Source: Octopus sinensis (lineage: Eukaryota). Taken from it: a DNA stretch of 64,000 nt. The position numbers and the translations under genes were made by a program. The DNA lies in NCBI RefSeq assembly GCF_006345805.1, contig NW_021831826.1, positions 1 to 64,000 of the forward strand, written 5' to 3'. A model generated the notes under the pieces. That model saw only the letters and a program-made list of their open reading frames with translations. It was not told the origin of the DNA and did not search any database. This document shows, piece by piece, positions 10,554-23,873 of the stretch. Every line of letters begins with the position of its first letter. Position 1 is the first letter of the stretch.

Positions 10554-11419
10554 TTTTTGTGTCTGTGTCTGTCCACCACCATCGCTTTACAACCGATGTT
10601 GGTGAGTTTACGTCCATGTAAATTAGTGGTTCAGCAAAGGAGACTCATAGAATAAGTACAAGTCTTATAAATAATAAGTTCGGTGAAAAAGGCATTGCTC
10701 CAGCATGGCTGCAGTGAAATGGCTGAAACAAATAAAAGAACTGTGCAGAGTGGTTACAAATATGCACAAAAAAAAGAAAATGCGGAAATGCATAATATCC
10801 TTAATCGAGGATATTATTCGTTCCCAGTCTTTTGGGAAACCATGGAGTTCTCACATAAATGTGTCTGGTATTTTCGTGATCGAAGAGTTAGTAAAGTTTC
10901 CAGGAAAGTCCCTGGCAAAGGATAATGGAAATTAACAGTTGCATCTTTGAATAGAAAGTGAATCAGATTTGGAAGGCCTTGGAAGAGTCTATTATTGGGC
11001 GAATGAGAAATATATGAGAGTATATAGAGATTAGTCTATATAGTGAAGGGGTGTTTGACTTGGGGGTTAAAGGGATGCATGTATACACACACATACATAC
11101 AGAGAGAGACATACACATACACACACGCACTAACATATGCAAACACACACAGACACACACACAGACACATATGCAGTGGCATATTCCTATTGATATACAC
11201 ACAGTCAGATACACACACTTACGCGGCCATACATACACATCCATACGTATGAGTTTAGAAATGGACAGATAAATGTCTGTTTGTACGCACAGACACACCC
11301 TCATACAAATTCTCGCATAGTCATCGTAGATAATTATAGAGAGTTAAATTTAATTAAGTTATTAGAGGAGAGAGAGAGAAAGAGAGCGAGAGGAGAGTAT
11401 TGTTTAGTAATTAAGGACG

Positions 11420-12640
11420 AGTAAAAGCAGATGTATAAACACCTGTCGCCTCATTGTATATTTGACTACCAATGTGGGCCAGAGTGATTAAATCGCCAAA
11501 CTGGAAATACCCAGGACCGGATAGCGTACAAGGTTATTGGCTGAAAATTTCCCCAGCAGTACACAGAAGAATAGCCAAGCAAATATATAAAATGATCAAC
11601 AACGGGGTACAAATCCCAAAGAGGCTGACCACAAGTAAAACAATTCTTTGCCAAAATAATCCCAACAAAGCAATGCAGTGGATAATCACCGGCCTATCAC
11701 CTGTCTGCCCCTCATGTGGAAGCTGATGACAGGAATAATATCTAATTAGGTTTATGATTTCCTGGAAATAAATTACAAAGCACCAGTGGAACAGAAAGGG
11801 TACAGAAATAATAGCCAAGGGACACTTACAGACTAATATGGTTTCAGAACGGAAAATGAAATGGGAGACAGTGTTTGTAAGCAACCGCACACGATCAGGC
11901 ATTCATAACCAACTACATAAAATCCGAAATAGACAAAAACCAGGCAAATTCCCAATGTAGAGACTTTTAACATGAATTCACACAGAAAAGGGAGTCAGCA
12001 GTGAAGGCCAGATAGCAAGAAAGTAATATCACTGAAGGCAGAGAATCATAAGTGCTTCGGAGTATTAGAATCTGAGAGTGTACTAACAATGGAAATGAAA
12101 ACAAAAATAGCTAAGGAGTACATCGGAAGGTTGAAGAAGCTAATGAAGAGAAAGCGAAGGGTTCTAAATCTAGTAAAGGTTGTAAAAACTTTGGGAAGTG
12201 TCGTTACTTCGGTATTCAGCAGAATTTGTTGATTGGAAATGATCTGAATTAGCAAATCTAGACAGAAGAACTAGGAAGGAATTCAATATGAATAGAGGAC
12301 TTCAGCCTCGATTAGGAAGAGCAAGATTGCACTTACTTAGAATAACGAAGGTGGAAGCGGTTTAATATCAGCAGAAAGTAGGGTAGAGTTAGCTAGAGTT
12401 GATATATATAATAATGAATAAAATTTATGATTTGCCTGAGTTATAGTAGGAGATAGGAAAGGAAAAAGCCAAATGAAATTAAAACAATAAAAAAAGTAGG
12501 AAGATAATCTAACTGACAAGAGAATGTATGGCAATGTCGATTGGCAAAGATAGTTGCAGGAAATAGTAATATTGAGACATGGTTATGGTTGCTGAAAGGA
12601 AGCTGAAAAGGGAGACAGAGTTTCTAAGCAAAAATTAATT
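11420..12640 (+). mobile_element. Old R4/Dong-clade fragment, RT core deleted (U2)
   Basis: KSPNWKYPGPDSVQGYWLK (ORF 11472-11726); junction cacagaaaa|gggagtcagc at ~11990; ends WLWLLKGS*KGRQ. Confidence 0.9.
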
Positions 12641-13522
12641 GTAAGGTCGGACTTATATTTCGGAGAGATCTATGAAAATTAACATCCACATCATGTGATG
12701 TATTACAATAATGATTGCAGGTGTAGGTTTCAGGACTAATGATTGTCCATTACTTGAACGTTTGCGCTATCAGCCCTATCGTAAGCATTTGAGACAATGA
12801 TATTCCATTGTCCCACACCCTACCGCCTTAACCAAAGAAAGAACACAACACACATTGCGATGTAAGTAAATCAACGGCATGATCATGGCCGAAACGCCTC
12901 TGATCATAGTCTTGTCATCATTGAACAACAAGCATTCTTTACAAATAACTGAAATATATTCTGCGAAACGAGGAAAATTGGCCGGGTTTCCATTTTAGTA
13001 ACTTGAGCGATGAGGTCCTATTTTTGAGCAGATATCGCCATCCCAATAATCGGTAAAAACTATGGCGTTTGTTTTAGAAAAGCGACAAGTAGATAAGAAT
13101 ATTCTGTGGGTGTTGTCAGGACATATGAAAAATAAAGTTTTGGTAATATAATAGAAGTCGAGGACATGAAATCGTGATTAAGGTCGTGATTTCAGATCCT
13201 GGGACGAGTGGTGTTTTGTGCGCAGAACAATTCATCTTATGTTGCACAGCGACCATTTCAACACTCGACGTGTAGGAATGGTGGAAAATGGATTTATTTT
13301 CCGGATATTAAAGAATTTCAGCCAATCACATACATCAAGAAAAAATACTGCCACTCTCGTTTTAAAAATAATTAGAGAATTATTACAACAGGGTATTTCA
13401 TTCAGTATGCTTTTCGGATAGCACCTGGAACGTGGGACAAAAATAGAATATTTAGATAAGTGGATAAAATTGATTTAATTTCTGTCAAAAATTCAAACCG
13501 AAGTCATATTTGGGGCCGGCTC
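12641..13522 (-). pseudogene. Type-1 GPCR-like remnant, U2
   Basis: Paralogue of 4003-4917; start codon altered to GAG; fused to the LINE at 12640. Confidence 0.55.
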
Positions 13523-13786
13523 TATAAAGGTAAATCAATTTTTGTTACTTTTCTTTTAAGATTTAACATTTGTATCTACACACACACACGTATATATGAT
13601 TTATTTTTTCCTCTCTCTCTATCTTTCTCTCACTATGCAACTTAATAGAATAACGTTGTCATTTGTCGGTGAGCATTTTGTTCCAAGCAAACATAACGTT
13701 GTTACACTCACGTCAGAATTATTATTTAAATATTTGTTTGTCCTGTTCATCCTATATATAGACTTCTACATAAACACACATGCATA

Positions 13787-14247
13787 GGCGTGGCTGCGTG
13801 GTAAGAAACATGAATTCACAAGCAGATAGTTCCAGGTTTAGTTTCACTGCATGGCAATTTGGGAAAGTGTCTTCTACTATAACCTCAGACCGACCAAAGC
13901 CTTACGAGTGGGTTTGGTAGACGGAAACCGAAAGAAGTGCGTTCTATATGTATCTATATATATTGAAGCATATATGTGTTTGTGTGTGTGTGTGTGAGTT
14001 TGTTTGTTTGTGATTGTGTGTTTCTGCCTTTGCAACTATGTTTGTTACCCATTCATATTCGACAGCAGGTTTTTTAAGGCCCCCTCCTTAAAATTGCGGT
14101 TCGGCAAAAGCAGCCAATAAAATAAGTACTTGGCTTACAAAGAATAATCTCTGATGTCAATTTATTGGGCTTAAAGGCTTTTGATATGGTGCTCCAGCAT
14201 GACCGTGGGCAAATGACTTCAACACGTAAAGGAATTAAAGAAAAAGA
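13787..14247 (+). mobile_element. SINE family 1 in upstream module
   Basis: ggcgtggctgcgtggtaag...gtgtcttctactataacctc...ggtgctccagcatg. Confidence 0.8.
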
Positions 14248-14427
14248 ATACACATTTATATATGTGTGTGCGCATGTCTGTGTATATATATAAATGCGTA
14301 TGAATATATACATATGTATTTATATACCTATATATATGTATGTGTGTGAATGTTTTGCCTCGTACACATGTGCATGTATTCACACACACACATGTAGACA
14401 CACGCTCACATATACATTCATATATAC

Positions 14428-14471
<44 letters not shown>

Positions 14472-14540
14472 GAACTAACATACATACACACACTCATACA
14501 CACACATATTTTTGCGTGTTTGTGTATGTATATATATCCT

Positions 14541-14763
14541 CATGCATTTTATATAACCATACATGATTACATATGACCCCGCGTAGAAATTCTTCGTCCT
14601 AAAATCCAAGATTGCCGCTTATAAAGTGGTTTCTGGGTTAGGTAGGATGCCAGGGGTTGTGTTTTTTGGGGGAGGTGGACAGTCGACTAATTGCAATTCA
14701 GCACCTCTGAGAAATGAAAGGCAAAGGGGAATTCGACAGGAAAGGAACTCAGAATGCGAATAG
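14541..14763 (-). pseudogene. Type-2-like C-terminal fragment (TM6/TM7/helix-8-like)
   Basis: Reads ILPNPETTL*AAILDFRTKNFY; joined directly to a type-1-style upstream leader at ~14764. Confidence 0.5.
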
Positions 14764-15030
14764 ATAAATCAATTTTTGTTACATTTCTTTTAAAATTTAA
14801 AATTTATTTATATATACACACACACAAATATATGATTTATTTTTTCTTCTTTCTATCTTTCTATAACTATGCAACTTAATAGAATAACGTTGTTCCTGAC
14901 AGTCATTTGTCGGTGAGCATTTTGTTCCAAGCAACCATAACGTTGTTACACGCAAGTAAGAACTATTAGTTAAACATTTGATTGTCCTGTTCATCCTGTT
15001 TATAGACTTCTACATAAACACACATGCATA

Positions 15031-15525
15031 GGCGTGGCTATTTGGTAAGGAACTTGCTCCGCAAGCACATAGATCCAGGTGTAGTTTCCCTGCTTGGCAA
15101 CCTGGGAAAGTGTCTTCTACTATAACCTCGAGCCGAGCAAAGACTTGTGAGTGGGTTTAGTAGACGGACCCGAAGGAAATCCGTTATATATATATATATA
15201 TACATATGTGTGTGTGAGTGTGTCTGTGAGTGTATGTGTGGCGCGCGCGCTTGTGTGTGTATGTATGAGTGTGTGTGTGTGTGTGTTTACCTGTGTGCGT
15301 GTGTGTCTGTGTGACTATGTTGGTTACGCGTTCATAGTTTGACAGCAGGTCTTTTACGCCCGCTTTAACATAGCTGTTCGGCAAAAGCGATCAATAAAAT
15401 AAGTACCAGGCTTACCAAGAATAAGCCCAGTGGTAAACTTTCGGTTCTTCGGCTTAAAGGCTTTTTAGGTGGAACTCCAGCAAGGACGCAGTCAAATGAC
15501 TTAGACAAGTAAAATAATTAAAGAA
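15031..15525 (+). mobile_element. SINE family 1 in second upstream module, U2
   Basis: Paralogue of 13787-14247. Confidence 0.8.
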
Positions 15526-15569
15526 ACGAATACACTTTTTAAACGTGTGTGTTGATCTCTGAATGCGTA

Positions 15570-15617
<48 letters not shown>

Positions 15618-15750
15618 TGTGTGTGTGTGTATATGCGTGTGTGTGTGTCTGTGTGAGTATTTTGAACGCCGTACACTTGTGCATGTACTCACACACACAC
15701 ATGCTCATAGACGCCCACATATACATTAGTATATATATATATACACACAA

Positions 15751-16750
15751 ACGTATTCAGACAATCTAAAGTGTTTTGTGTATATGGAATAATAATAAAT
15801 TGGTATGCGGATGCTCAAGTGAACAACTTAGAGAATTAGTACCGTCTTTACCCTCTAGTACCTGCATCTGCTGTGTGAGTCCTTCGGCAAGTTACACAGG
15901 GTGAACTGGACGCCCCTAAATATTCGAGGGTATGTTGTACTTGAGATAACCCATGTACATGAAAGTTACAATATACTAAACACACATGCAGAGTAAACCA
16001 CGTAGAATATCACTTTCATTCTTCTGCAAGCTGCAGAATAATTCAGTCCTAGATGTCGTTTAATAAATTGATGCTTCATCTTGATAGAAAGGTCGGACTT
16101 ATATTTCGGAAAGATCTATGAAAATTAACATCCACATCATGTGATGTATTACAATAATGATTGTAGATATAGGTTTCAGGACTAATGAATGCCCATTACT
16201 TTTACATTTGCGCCATCAGCCCTATCGTAAGCATTTGAGACTATGATATTCCATTGTCTCACACCCTATCGTCTTAACCACGGAAAGAACACAACACACA
16301 TTGCAATATAAGTAAAGCGACGGGATGATCACGACCGGAACGCTTCTGATCATAGTTTTGTCATCAGTGTAAAACAAGCATACTTTACAACCAACTGAAA
16401 TATATTCTGGGAAAGGAGGGAAATTCGTCGGGTTTGCATTTTAGTAACTAGAGAGATGAGGTCGTGTCTTTGAGCAGATATCGCCATCCCAATAATCGAT
16501 AAAAACATTTGACTTGTAGGAATGGTGAATAGGTGGAAAATGGATTTGTTTTCCGGATATTAAAGAATTGCAGCCAATCATATACACCAAGAGAAAATAC
16601 TGCCACTTTCGTTTTAAAAAAAATAGAGAATTATTACAACAGGGTACTTCATTCAGTATGTTTATCGGATCGCAGCTGGAAGGTGAGACAAAAAACTGAT
16701 ATGAGGCAATAGAATATTCAGATAAGTGGATAAAACGTATTTAATTTCTG
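15751..16750 (-). pseudogene. Type-1 remnant retaining the C-terminus, internally deleted
   Basis: Extends the type-1 sequence through RMKVIFYVVYSAC and SIRIPIYYYSIYTKHFR; deletion at ~16510; N-terminal codons missing. Confidence 0.55.
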
Positions 16751-17159
16751 ACGATAATTTGGCGGTGAGCATTTGGTTCCAAGCAACCATAACATCACCC
16801 TTAACATCGCGGATCGGCAAAAGTGAGCAATAAAATAACACATTCAAACGTATGTGTGTCTATGTTTATTCTCCATTCACAGCTCGGCAGCATGGTTTTA
16901 TTTCGCTCCCCTTAACATATCGGATCGGCAAAAGTGAACAATAAAATGACACATAGAAACATATAGACACACACACAAATATATATACATATAGTTTCTG
17001 TCTACCAAATCCACTCACAGGGCTCTACGCATATATATATATATATATACACAAACAAACGTACATAATTGCACACAGTCACATACACAAGCACACACAG
17101 GTACACTTACACACACACACATACACGCAAATATATTTGTGTGTGTTTGTGTATGTATA

Positions 17160-18047
17160 TATCTTGCTGCATCTTTATATAACCATACATGATTACATAT
17201 GACACCGCGTAGCAATTCTTTGTCCTGAAATCCTAGATTGCCGCTCATATAATGTTGTCTCTGGCTTAGGTAGAATACCAGTGGTTGTGTTATTGTGGGG
17301 GAAGTGGTCAGTCGACTAATTGGACTTCAGCACCTCTGAGAAATGAAACGCAAAGGGGACTTCAGCGGGAAAGGAACTCAGAACGCGAATAGCCGACAGA
17401 AACGCTGCAAAGCAATTTGTAAATTTGTGTACAGGCATTGTGTACAGACATTGCCAACTATTTTGCTTGGATATTCTTGTTTAATATTATCTTTTTAATT
17501 TAACCTCTATACTTTTTAACTGTACAACTTATTTTTTCATTTGAAAGTCCTGCGGGGATGGGAAGGTGGCGAAGCATTCAGATCTGAGGAATTGTAAGCA
17601 TGTATTTAGTTGTATAACCACAAGTGTCCTATGGGTTTTTGGTTGCAATTGAATTCAGGGAAAACCCTGCTCACCTAGAGACCGGAGACAATGCTATATA
17701 ACTAAATGGATGGGAAGATGACGACTGGATGTCCTCTGACCATAGCTTACTCAATCAGGAAACATTGGCTTGTGGGGCAGATATGTTTACAATGTTTTCC
17801 ATCAAACACCTGGAGATACCTGCGAAATCTCTTTCCAATCACACACTCTTATTTTACACAATGGAGGACATGGTTGCTAATGTTTGAATAAAAATAATTA
17901 GTAGGGTATAATTGGAATGCCTTTGTGCAAAATTACGATCAGTCAGGGCAAACAACAACGTCGACAACAACAATATTCAGATAAGTGGATAAATCTTTTC
18001 TAATTTCTGTAAAAAATTAATACTGAAGTCATATTTGAAACCGGCAT
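17160..18047 (-). pseudogene. Type-2 remnant with internal deletion
   Basis: ATG at 18047 (MPVSNMTSV); LFAF*VPF at 17369-17392; ~0.6 kb missing at junction caacaacaatattcag (~17965). Confidence 0.55.
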
Positions 18048-19019
18048 TGTAAATGTAAATCAATTTTTGCTACTTTCCTGTAAAGATTTAAAATTAATAT
18101 TTATACACACACATATCTACACAGGCGAAATTAAATTTAAGACCGATGATAATAGTCCTATTTCTAACAAAATATTTTGTTACTAACACCTTACAAATTA
18201 TTTCTATGTTTTACACTTTATGGAGACTTTATTTCTCTTTCGAATGATGCAGACAATAACTATTTTTATACAACTTGAAGAATGCATGAAAGTACTAGTT
18301 CAATCAGAGTGGATATTTGATATTCTATCGCTTCATTATGTTATCTTATCTTATCATATATTATTATAAGATTGTAAATAAATCATGAAAATCAAAGTTG
18401 GAATATCTTTCAGTAATATATTCTTCTATACACAATCATACACACCTGTGTATAAGTGCATATATATTTATATATATATATATATGGATATTATTGCTTA
18501 CAATAATATCAACTGGCAAGCATGCGTAAAAAATCCCATAAGGTAAAGCATCATTAATTAATAATTAAAGGTCCTACAAGCAGCACCAGCACACTAAAAA
18601 TAGCAGCACAAAGAGAGAGAGAAGAACAGAAAGACAGAAGGAGAGAAAAAGAGAGAGAAAAGAAAGTGTGGAACAGGGAGAGAGGGAAAGAAAAAAGAAA
18701 GAAAAAGAGAAAGAGAGAGAGAGATAATTCGAAAAATAATTAGACAGATAAACAAACAGAAACTTCTATAAATAGATTGACAGACAGACAGACACACACA
18801 CACACACACATACATATATAAATGGTAAAAAAAATAACGCTCTCTTTCCTCAGTCAAGTCCCACTAGTCACGACCATCTCGGGCAGTAACACTTGGGAAG
18901 GTTCGATCTGGTTGCCCCCCACTAAACGTCTCTCTCTATATATATATATGTATCATATTTTATCCATACAGTTCCACTTGTATTTTATATTTTCTTTCTT
19001 TAACATATTACTACTATGC

Positions 19020-19060
19020 TTATATATATATACATACATACATACATATATATATATTTA

Positions 19061-19098
<38 letters not shown>

Positions 19099-19215
19099 CA
19101 TATATGTATATATATATATTTATATACATACATATATATACACACACACACACACACAAACACACATATATATATACACACACACACATATATATACACA
19201 CACATACATATATGT
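19020..19215. repeat. Compound (TA)n/(CA)n tract
   Basis: Read directly from the sequence. Confidence 0.93.
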
Positions 19216-19678
19216 GTGTTGTGTAAGTGCGTGTATTCATTCAAACAATTACTAAAATATATAGCCGCACCAAGTGGGAAATTCCGTTTGTACAATTGTT
19301 CCGAGTATAAATTATTTGGCAAACAATCCACTTGACAAACAGTAGAAACGTAGACATTTAATATAAATTTTAATACAGAATAAGCAGGATAAGAAGAAAA
19401 AGGCGTAGCAGAGAGTCGCTGAGGAGATCATATTATGTGAGACGAAAGAATTTAAATAAATTAATAATAATGATAATAATAATAATAGTCGTTCCTACTA
19501 TAGGCACAGGGACTGAAATATTTTTGGGGGTGAGTTAGTCGATTATATAGCCCCTGGTACTCAACTGATATTTAATGCGAAGTAGACTTCGGGGAATTTG
19601 AACTCAGAAACTAATGATGGATGAAATACTACCAAGCATTTTGCCCGGAGTGCTAACGATTCTGCCAGCTCTTCGCCT

Positions 19679-19689
19679 TAATAATGATA

Positions 19690-19761
<72 letters not shown>

Positions 19762-19786
19762 AATAACAATAATAATAATAATAATG

Positions 19787-19823
<37 letters not shown>

Positions 19824-19841
19824 GAAGAAGAAGAAGAAGAA

Positions 19842-19890
<49 letters not shown>

Positions 19891-19977
19891 TATAATAATA
19901 ATTATAATAATAATAATAATAATATAATAATAACAATAATAATAATAATGATAATAACAATAATAATAATAATAATG

Positions 19978-20031
<54 letters not shown>
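19679..20031. repeat. ~350 bp (AAT)n tract with an embedded (AAG)n run
   Basis: Read directly; (AAG)n at ~19821-19843. Confidence 0.95.
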
Positions 20032-20270
20032 GTAATCCTGTCTACTGGAAGCACAAGGACAAGTCCATTACATCGAAGCCAGTGTGTAACTGGTACTTAA
20101 TTTATCGTTCCCGAAAGGATGAAAGGCAAAGTCGATCTCGGCGGAATTTGAACTAAGAACGTAACCACAGACGAAATACTGCTAAGCATTTCGCCCGGCG
20201 CGCTAACGTTTCTGACATCTCGCCACCTTCGGGCAGACGAAATACTTCTAAGCGTTTTGCCCGGCGTAAC

Positions 20271-20430
20271 ACCACAACCACCACCACCACCACCACCACC
20301 ACCACCACCACTACCACCACGACCACCTCCACCACCACCACCACCACCACCACCACCACCAACAACAACACAACAACAACAACAACAACAAAAACAACAA
20401 CAACAACAACAATAATGATAATAATAATAA
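20271..20430. repeat. Compound (ACC)n-(AAC)n-(AAT)n microsatellite
   Basis: Read directly from the sequence. Confidence 0.95.
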
Positions 20431-20897
20431 AGTGAGGATCAAATATATATTTTGCTTGTGTTTCATTGGCAACAGACGACCATCTCCAAATAGAAGTATT
20501 TCTGTTTTAACACCCAATTTCAAAAATGCAAAACGTAATAATATTAAATATTAAGTAGAAAAATTCCGCCGAGGTTGTCTTTGCCTTTTATCCTTTCGGG
20601 GTGGATGAAATCAATATCAGTTAAGTACTGGTGTCGATGTAATCAACTTACTCCCTCCCCCGAAATTGCTGGTGTTGTGCCAAAATTTGAAATGAATGTG
20701 TAGGAGAAATAAATCAAAACACAGCATTACTCACTAATGGACACCATGTTAATCGTTTGAACAAATTATTAAGTGAACGGTGAGCATTTTGTTCCAAGAA
20801 AACATAACGGTGTTACACTCACGTCAGAATTATTAGTTAAATATTTGTTTGTCCTGTTCATCCTATATATAGACTTATACATAAACACACATACATA

Positions 20898-21358
20898 GGC
20901 GTAGCTGTGTGGTAAGAAACATGCATCGCAAGCAGATAGTTCCAGGTTCAGTTTCACTGCATGGAAATTTGGGAAAGTGTCTTCTACTATAACCTTGGAC
21001 CGACCAAAATCTTACGAGTGGATTTGGTAGACGGAAACCGAAAGAAGTGCGTTATATATATATCTATATATATTGAAGCATATGTGTGTTTGTGTGTGTG
21101 TGTGTGAGTTCATTTGTTTGTGTATTTGTGTTTCTGTTTTTGCGACTATGTTTGTTACCCATTCATATCTTGGCAGCAGGTTTTTTAAGGCCCCTCCTAA
21201 ACATTGCGGTTCGGCAAAAGCGGCCAATAAAATAAGTACTTGGCTTACAAAGAATAAGGTCTGATGTCAATCTATTGTGTTTAAAATCTTTTGATATGGT
21301 GCTCCAGCATGGCCGCGGGCAAATGACTTCATCAAGTAAAAGAATAAAAGAAAAAGAA
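20898..21358 (+). mobile_element. SINE family 1 in upstream module, U2b
   Basis: Copy of 13787-14247; a truncated second copy lies at 22161-22308. Confidence 0.8.
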
Positions 21359-21537
21359 TACACATTTATATATGTGTGTGTGTTTGTGTGTGTATATATA
21401 CAAATGCGTATGAATATATATATATATGTATTTATATACCTATATATATACGTGTGTGTGTGGGAATGTTTCGCCTCGTACACATGTGTATGTATTCACA
21501 CACACAAGTAGACGCACGCTCACATATACATTCATAT

Positions 21538-21586
<49 letters not shown>

Positions 21587-21667
21587 AACGTACGTACATA
21601 CACACACTCATATGCAAATACACTCATACACACACATATTCGTGCGTGTTTGTGTATGTACTTATAT

Positions 21668-21894
21668 CCTCATGCATCTTTATATAACCATACATGATTA
21701 CATATGACCCCGCGTAGAAATTCTTCGTCCTAAAATCCTAGATTGCCGCCTTTAAAGTGGTTTCTGGCTTAGGTAGAATGCCAGTGGTTGTGTTTTGTTG
21801 GGGAGTTGGTCAGTCGACTAATCGAACTGCAGCACCTCTGAGAAATGAAAGGCAAAGGGGAATTCGACAGGAAAGGAACTCAGAATGCGAATAG
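21668..21894 (-). pseudogene. Type-2-like C-terminal fragment, U2b
   Basis: Copy of 14541-14763. Confidence 0.5.
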
Positions 21895-22309
21895 ATTAAT
21901 CAATTTTTGGTACTTTTCTTTTAAGATTTAACATTTTTATATATACACACACACATATATATGATTTATTTTTCCATCTCTCTCTATCTTTCTATAACTA
22001 TGCAACTTAATAGAATAACGTTGTTCCTGACTGTCATTTGTCGGCGAGCATTTGGTTCCAACCAACCATAACGTCGTTACACGCACGTAATAACTATTGG
22101 TTAATCATTTTTTGTCCTTCTCTCACTATATATAGACTTCTACATAAACACACATGCATAGGCGTGGCTATTTGGTAAGGAACTTGTTCCGCAAGCACAT
22201 AGATCCAGGTTTATTTTCCCTGCATGGCAAACTGGGAAAGTGTCTTCTACTATAGACTCGGGACGAGCAAAGACTTGTGAGTGGGTATTGTAGACGGACC
22301 CGAAGGAAG

Positions 22310-23202
22310 TCCTAGATGTTATTTAATAAATTGAATCTTCATCTTGATAGTAAGGTCGGACTTATATTTCGGAAAGATCTATAAAAATTAACATCCACAT
22401 CATGTGATGTATTACAATAATGATTGTAGGTGTAGGTTTCAGGACTAGTGAATGTCCATTACTTGAACATTTGCGCTATCAGCCCTATCGTAAGCATTTG
22501 AGACAATGATATTCCATTATCTCACACCCTACCGACTTAACCACGGAAAGAACACAACACACATTGTGATGTAAGTGAATGGAGGGGATGATCATGACCG
22601 AAACGCCTCTGATCATAGCCTTGTCATCAGTGAACAACAAGAATACTTTACAACCAACTGAAATATATTCTGGGAAAGGAGGGAAATTCGTCGGGTTTGC
22701 ATTTTAGTAACTAGAGAGATGAGGTCGTGTCTTTGAGCAGATATCGCCATCCTAATAATCGATAAAAACAATGGTGTTTGTTTTAGAAATGTGTCAAGTA
22801 GATAAGAATATTCTCTGGGTTTGCCAGGACATATGAAAAATACCATTTTGGGAGTATAATAGCAGTCGAGAATACATAACATCCTGGTCAAAGGTGCTGC
22901 TCTCGATAACAGGGTCATGATTTCAAATCCTGCAAAGAAAGGTGTATTGCGCGCAAGACACTTCATCTTCTGTTGCACAGCGCCCATTTCAACACTTGAC
23001 GTGTAGGAACGGTTAATAGCTGGAAAATGGATTTATTTTTCGGATATTAAAGAATTGCAGCCAATCACATACATCAAGGGAAAATACTGCAACTCACGGT
23101 TTAAAAAAAATAGAGAATTATTTCAACAGGGTATTTCATTCAGTATACTTTTCGGATAGCAGCTGGAACGTGAGACAAAACACTTATATGAGGCAATAGA
23201 AT
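22310..23202 (-). pseudogene. Type-1 remnant with the longest open frame in the family
   Basis: ORF 22613-22987 (124 aa): ...LDCYY...YSYLLDTFLKQTPLFLSIIRMAISAQRHDLIS; both ends truncated at junctions. Confidence 0.55.
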
Positions 23203-23217
23203 TAGATGGCGATAGTT

Positions 23218-23550
23218 TGAATGACTTTGTGCAAAACTTCGATCTGGGCAAACAACAACGTCGACCACAACACCCTAAGTAAAACACAAAAAAACAAACA
23301 AACAAAGATATGTACCTAAAATTGGCCTCGTTCTCAGACTTTGTATACCCACACCAAACTCCGCAATTTTCTGCGTCAGACTTTCTATCATTACATGATA
23401 CAACGCCATATCGTTAGCTGACAAGAGACATCTCTTAGGAGTAACGCTCATATCTTTTTCGGGATCCATAAAAAAATTCAGTGGGTGTTGCTTTGGAAAA
23501 CGCCTAGTAGAAAAGAAGGATTTCTGGGATGCTGTCCCACCTACATATGT
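23218..23550 (-). pseudogene. Type-2 middle fragment, U2b
   Basis: Matches 6040-6370; ORF 23275-23559 contains FPKQHPLNF and LRTRPILGTYLCLFVFLC. Confidence 0.5.
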
Positions 23551-23873
23551 TTTATGCATGAACGTAATAATATTAAATTTTAAGTAGAAATATTCCGCCG
23601 AGGTTGTCTTTGCCTTTTATCCTTTCGGGGTGGATGAAATCATTATCAGTTAAGTACTGGGGTCGATGTAATCAACTTACTCTCTCCCCCGAAATTGCTG
23701 GTGTTGTGCAAAAATTTGAAATGAATGTGTAGGAGAAATAAATCAAAACACAGCATTACTCACTAATGGACACCATGTTAATCGTTTAAACAAATTATAA
23801 AGTGAACGGCTTGGAGAGTGTTTCATCTTTATGCGTGTTTCCTTGGATTGAGTCTGTGTAGGGGGGCATGTTT

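Larger units (their letters stand above)
9084..20525. repeat. Tandem unit U2 (lineage B, ~11.4 kb)
   Basis: Same anchor at 9084; same order of SINE, LINE and ORF-remnant modules, with extra internal modules at 13.5-17.2 kb. Confidence 0.93.
19488..20693. mobile_element. SINE family 2 cluster at the U2/U2b boundary
   Basis: Reverse copies at ~19488-19678 and ~20035-20255; forward partial at ~20563-20693. Confidence 0.8.
20526..23553. repeat. Heavily deleted patchwork unit U2b (~3 kb)
   Basis: Anchor at 20526; consists of unit head, upstream module plus SINE, remnants and a partial SINE joined by deletion junctions at ~20780, ~22310, ~23205 and ~23553. Confidence 0.85.

Noticed and set aside
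13218-13421. Plus-strand reading ...GKWIYFPDIKEFQ...YEAIEYSDKWIK
   Set aside because: It is the antisense shadow of the type-1 frame; it has more stops and no start or motif support.
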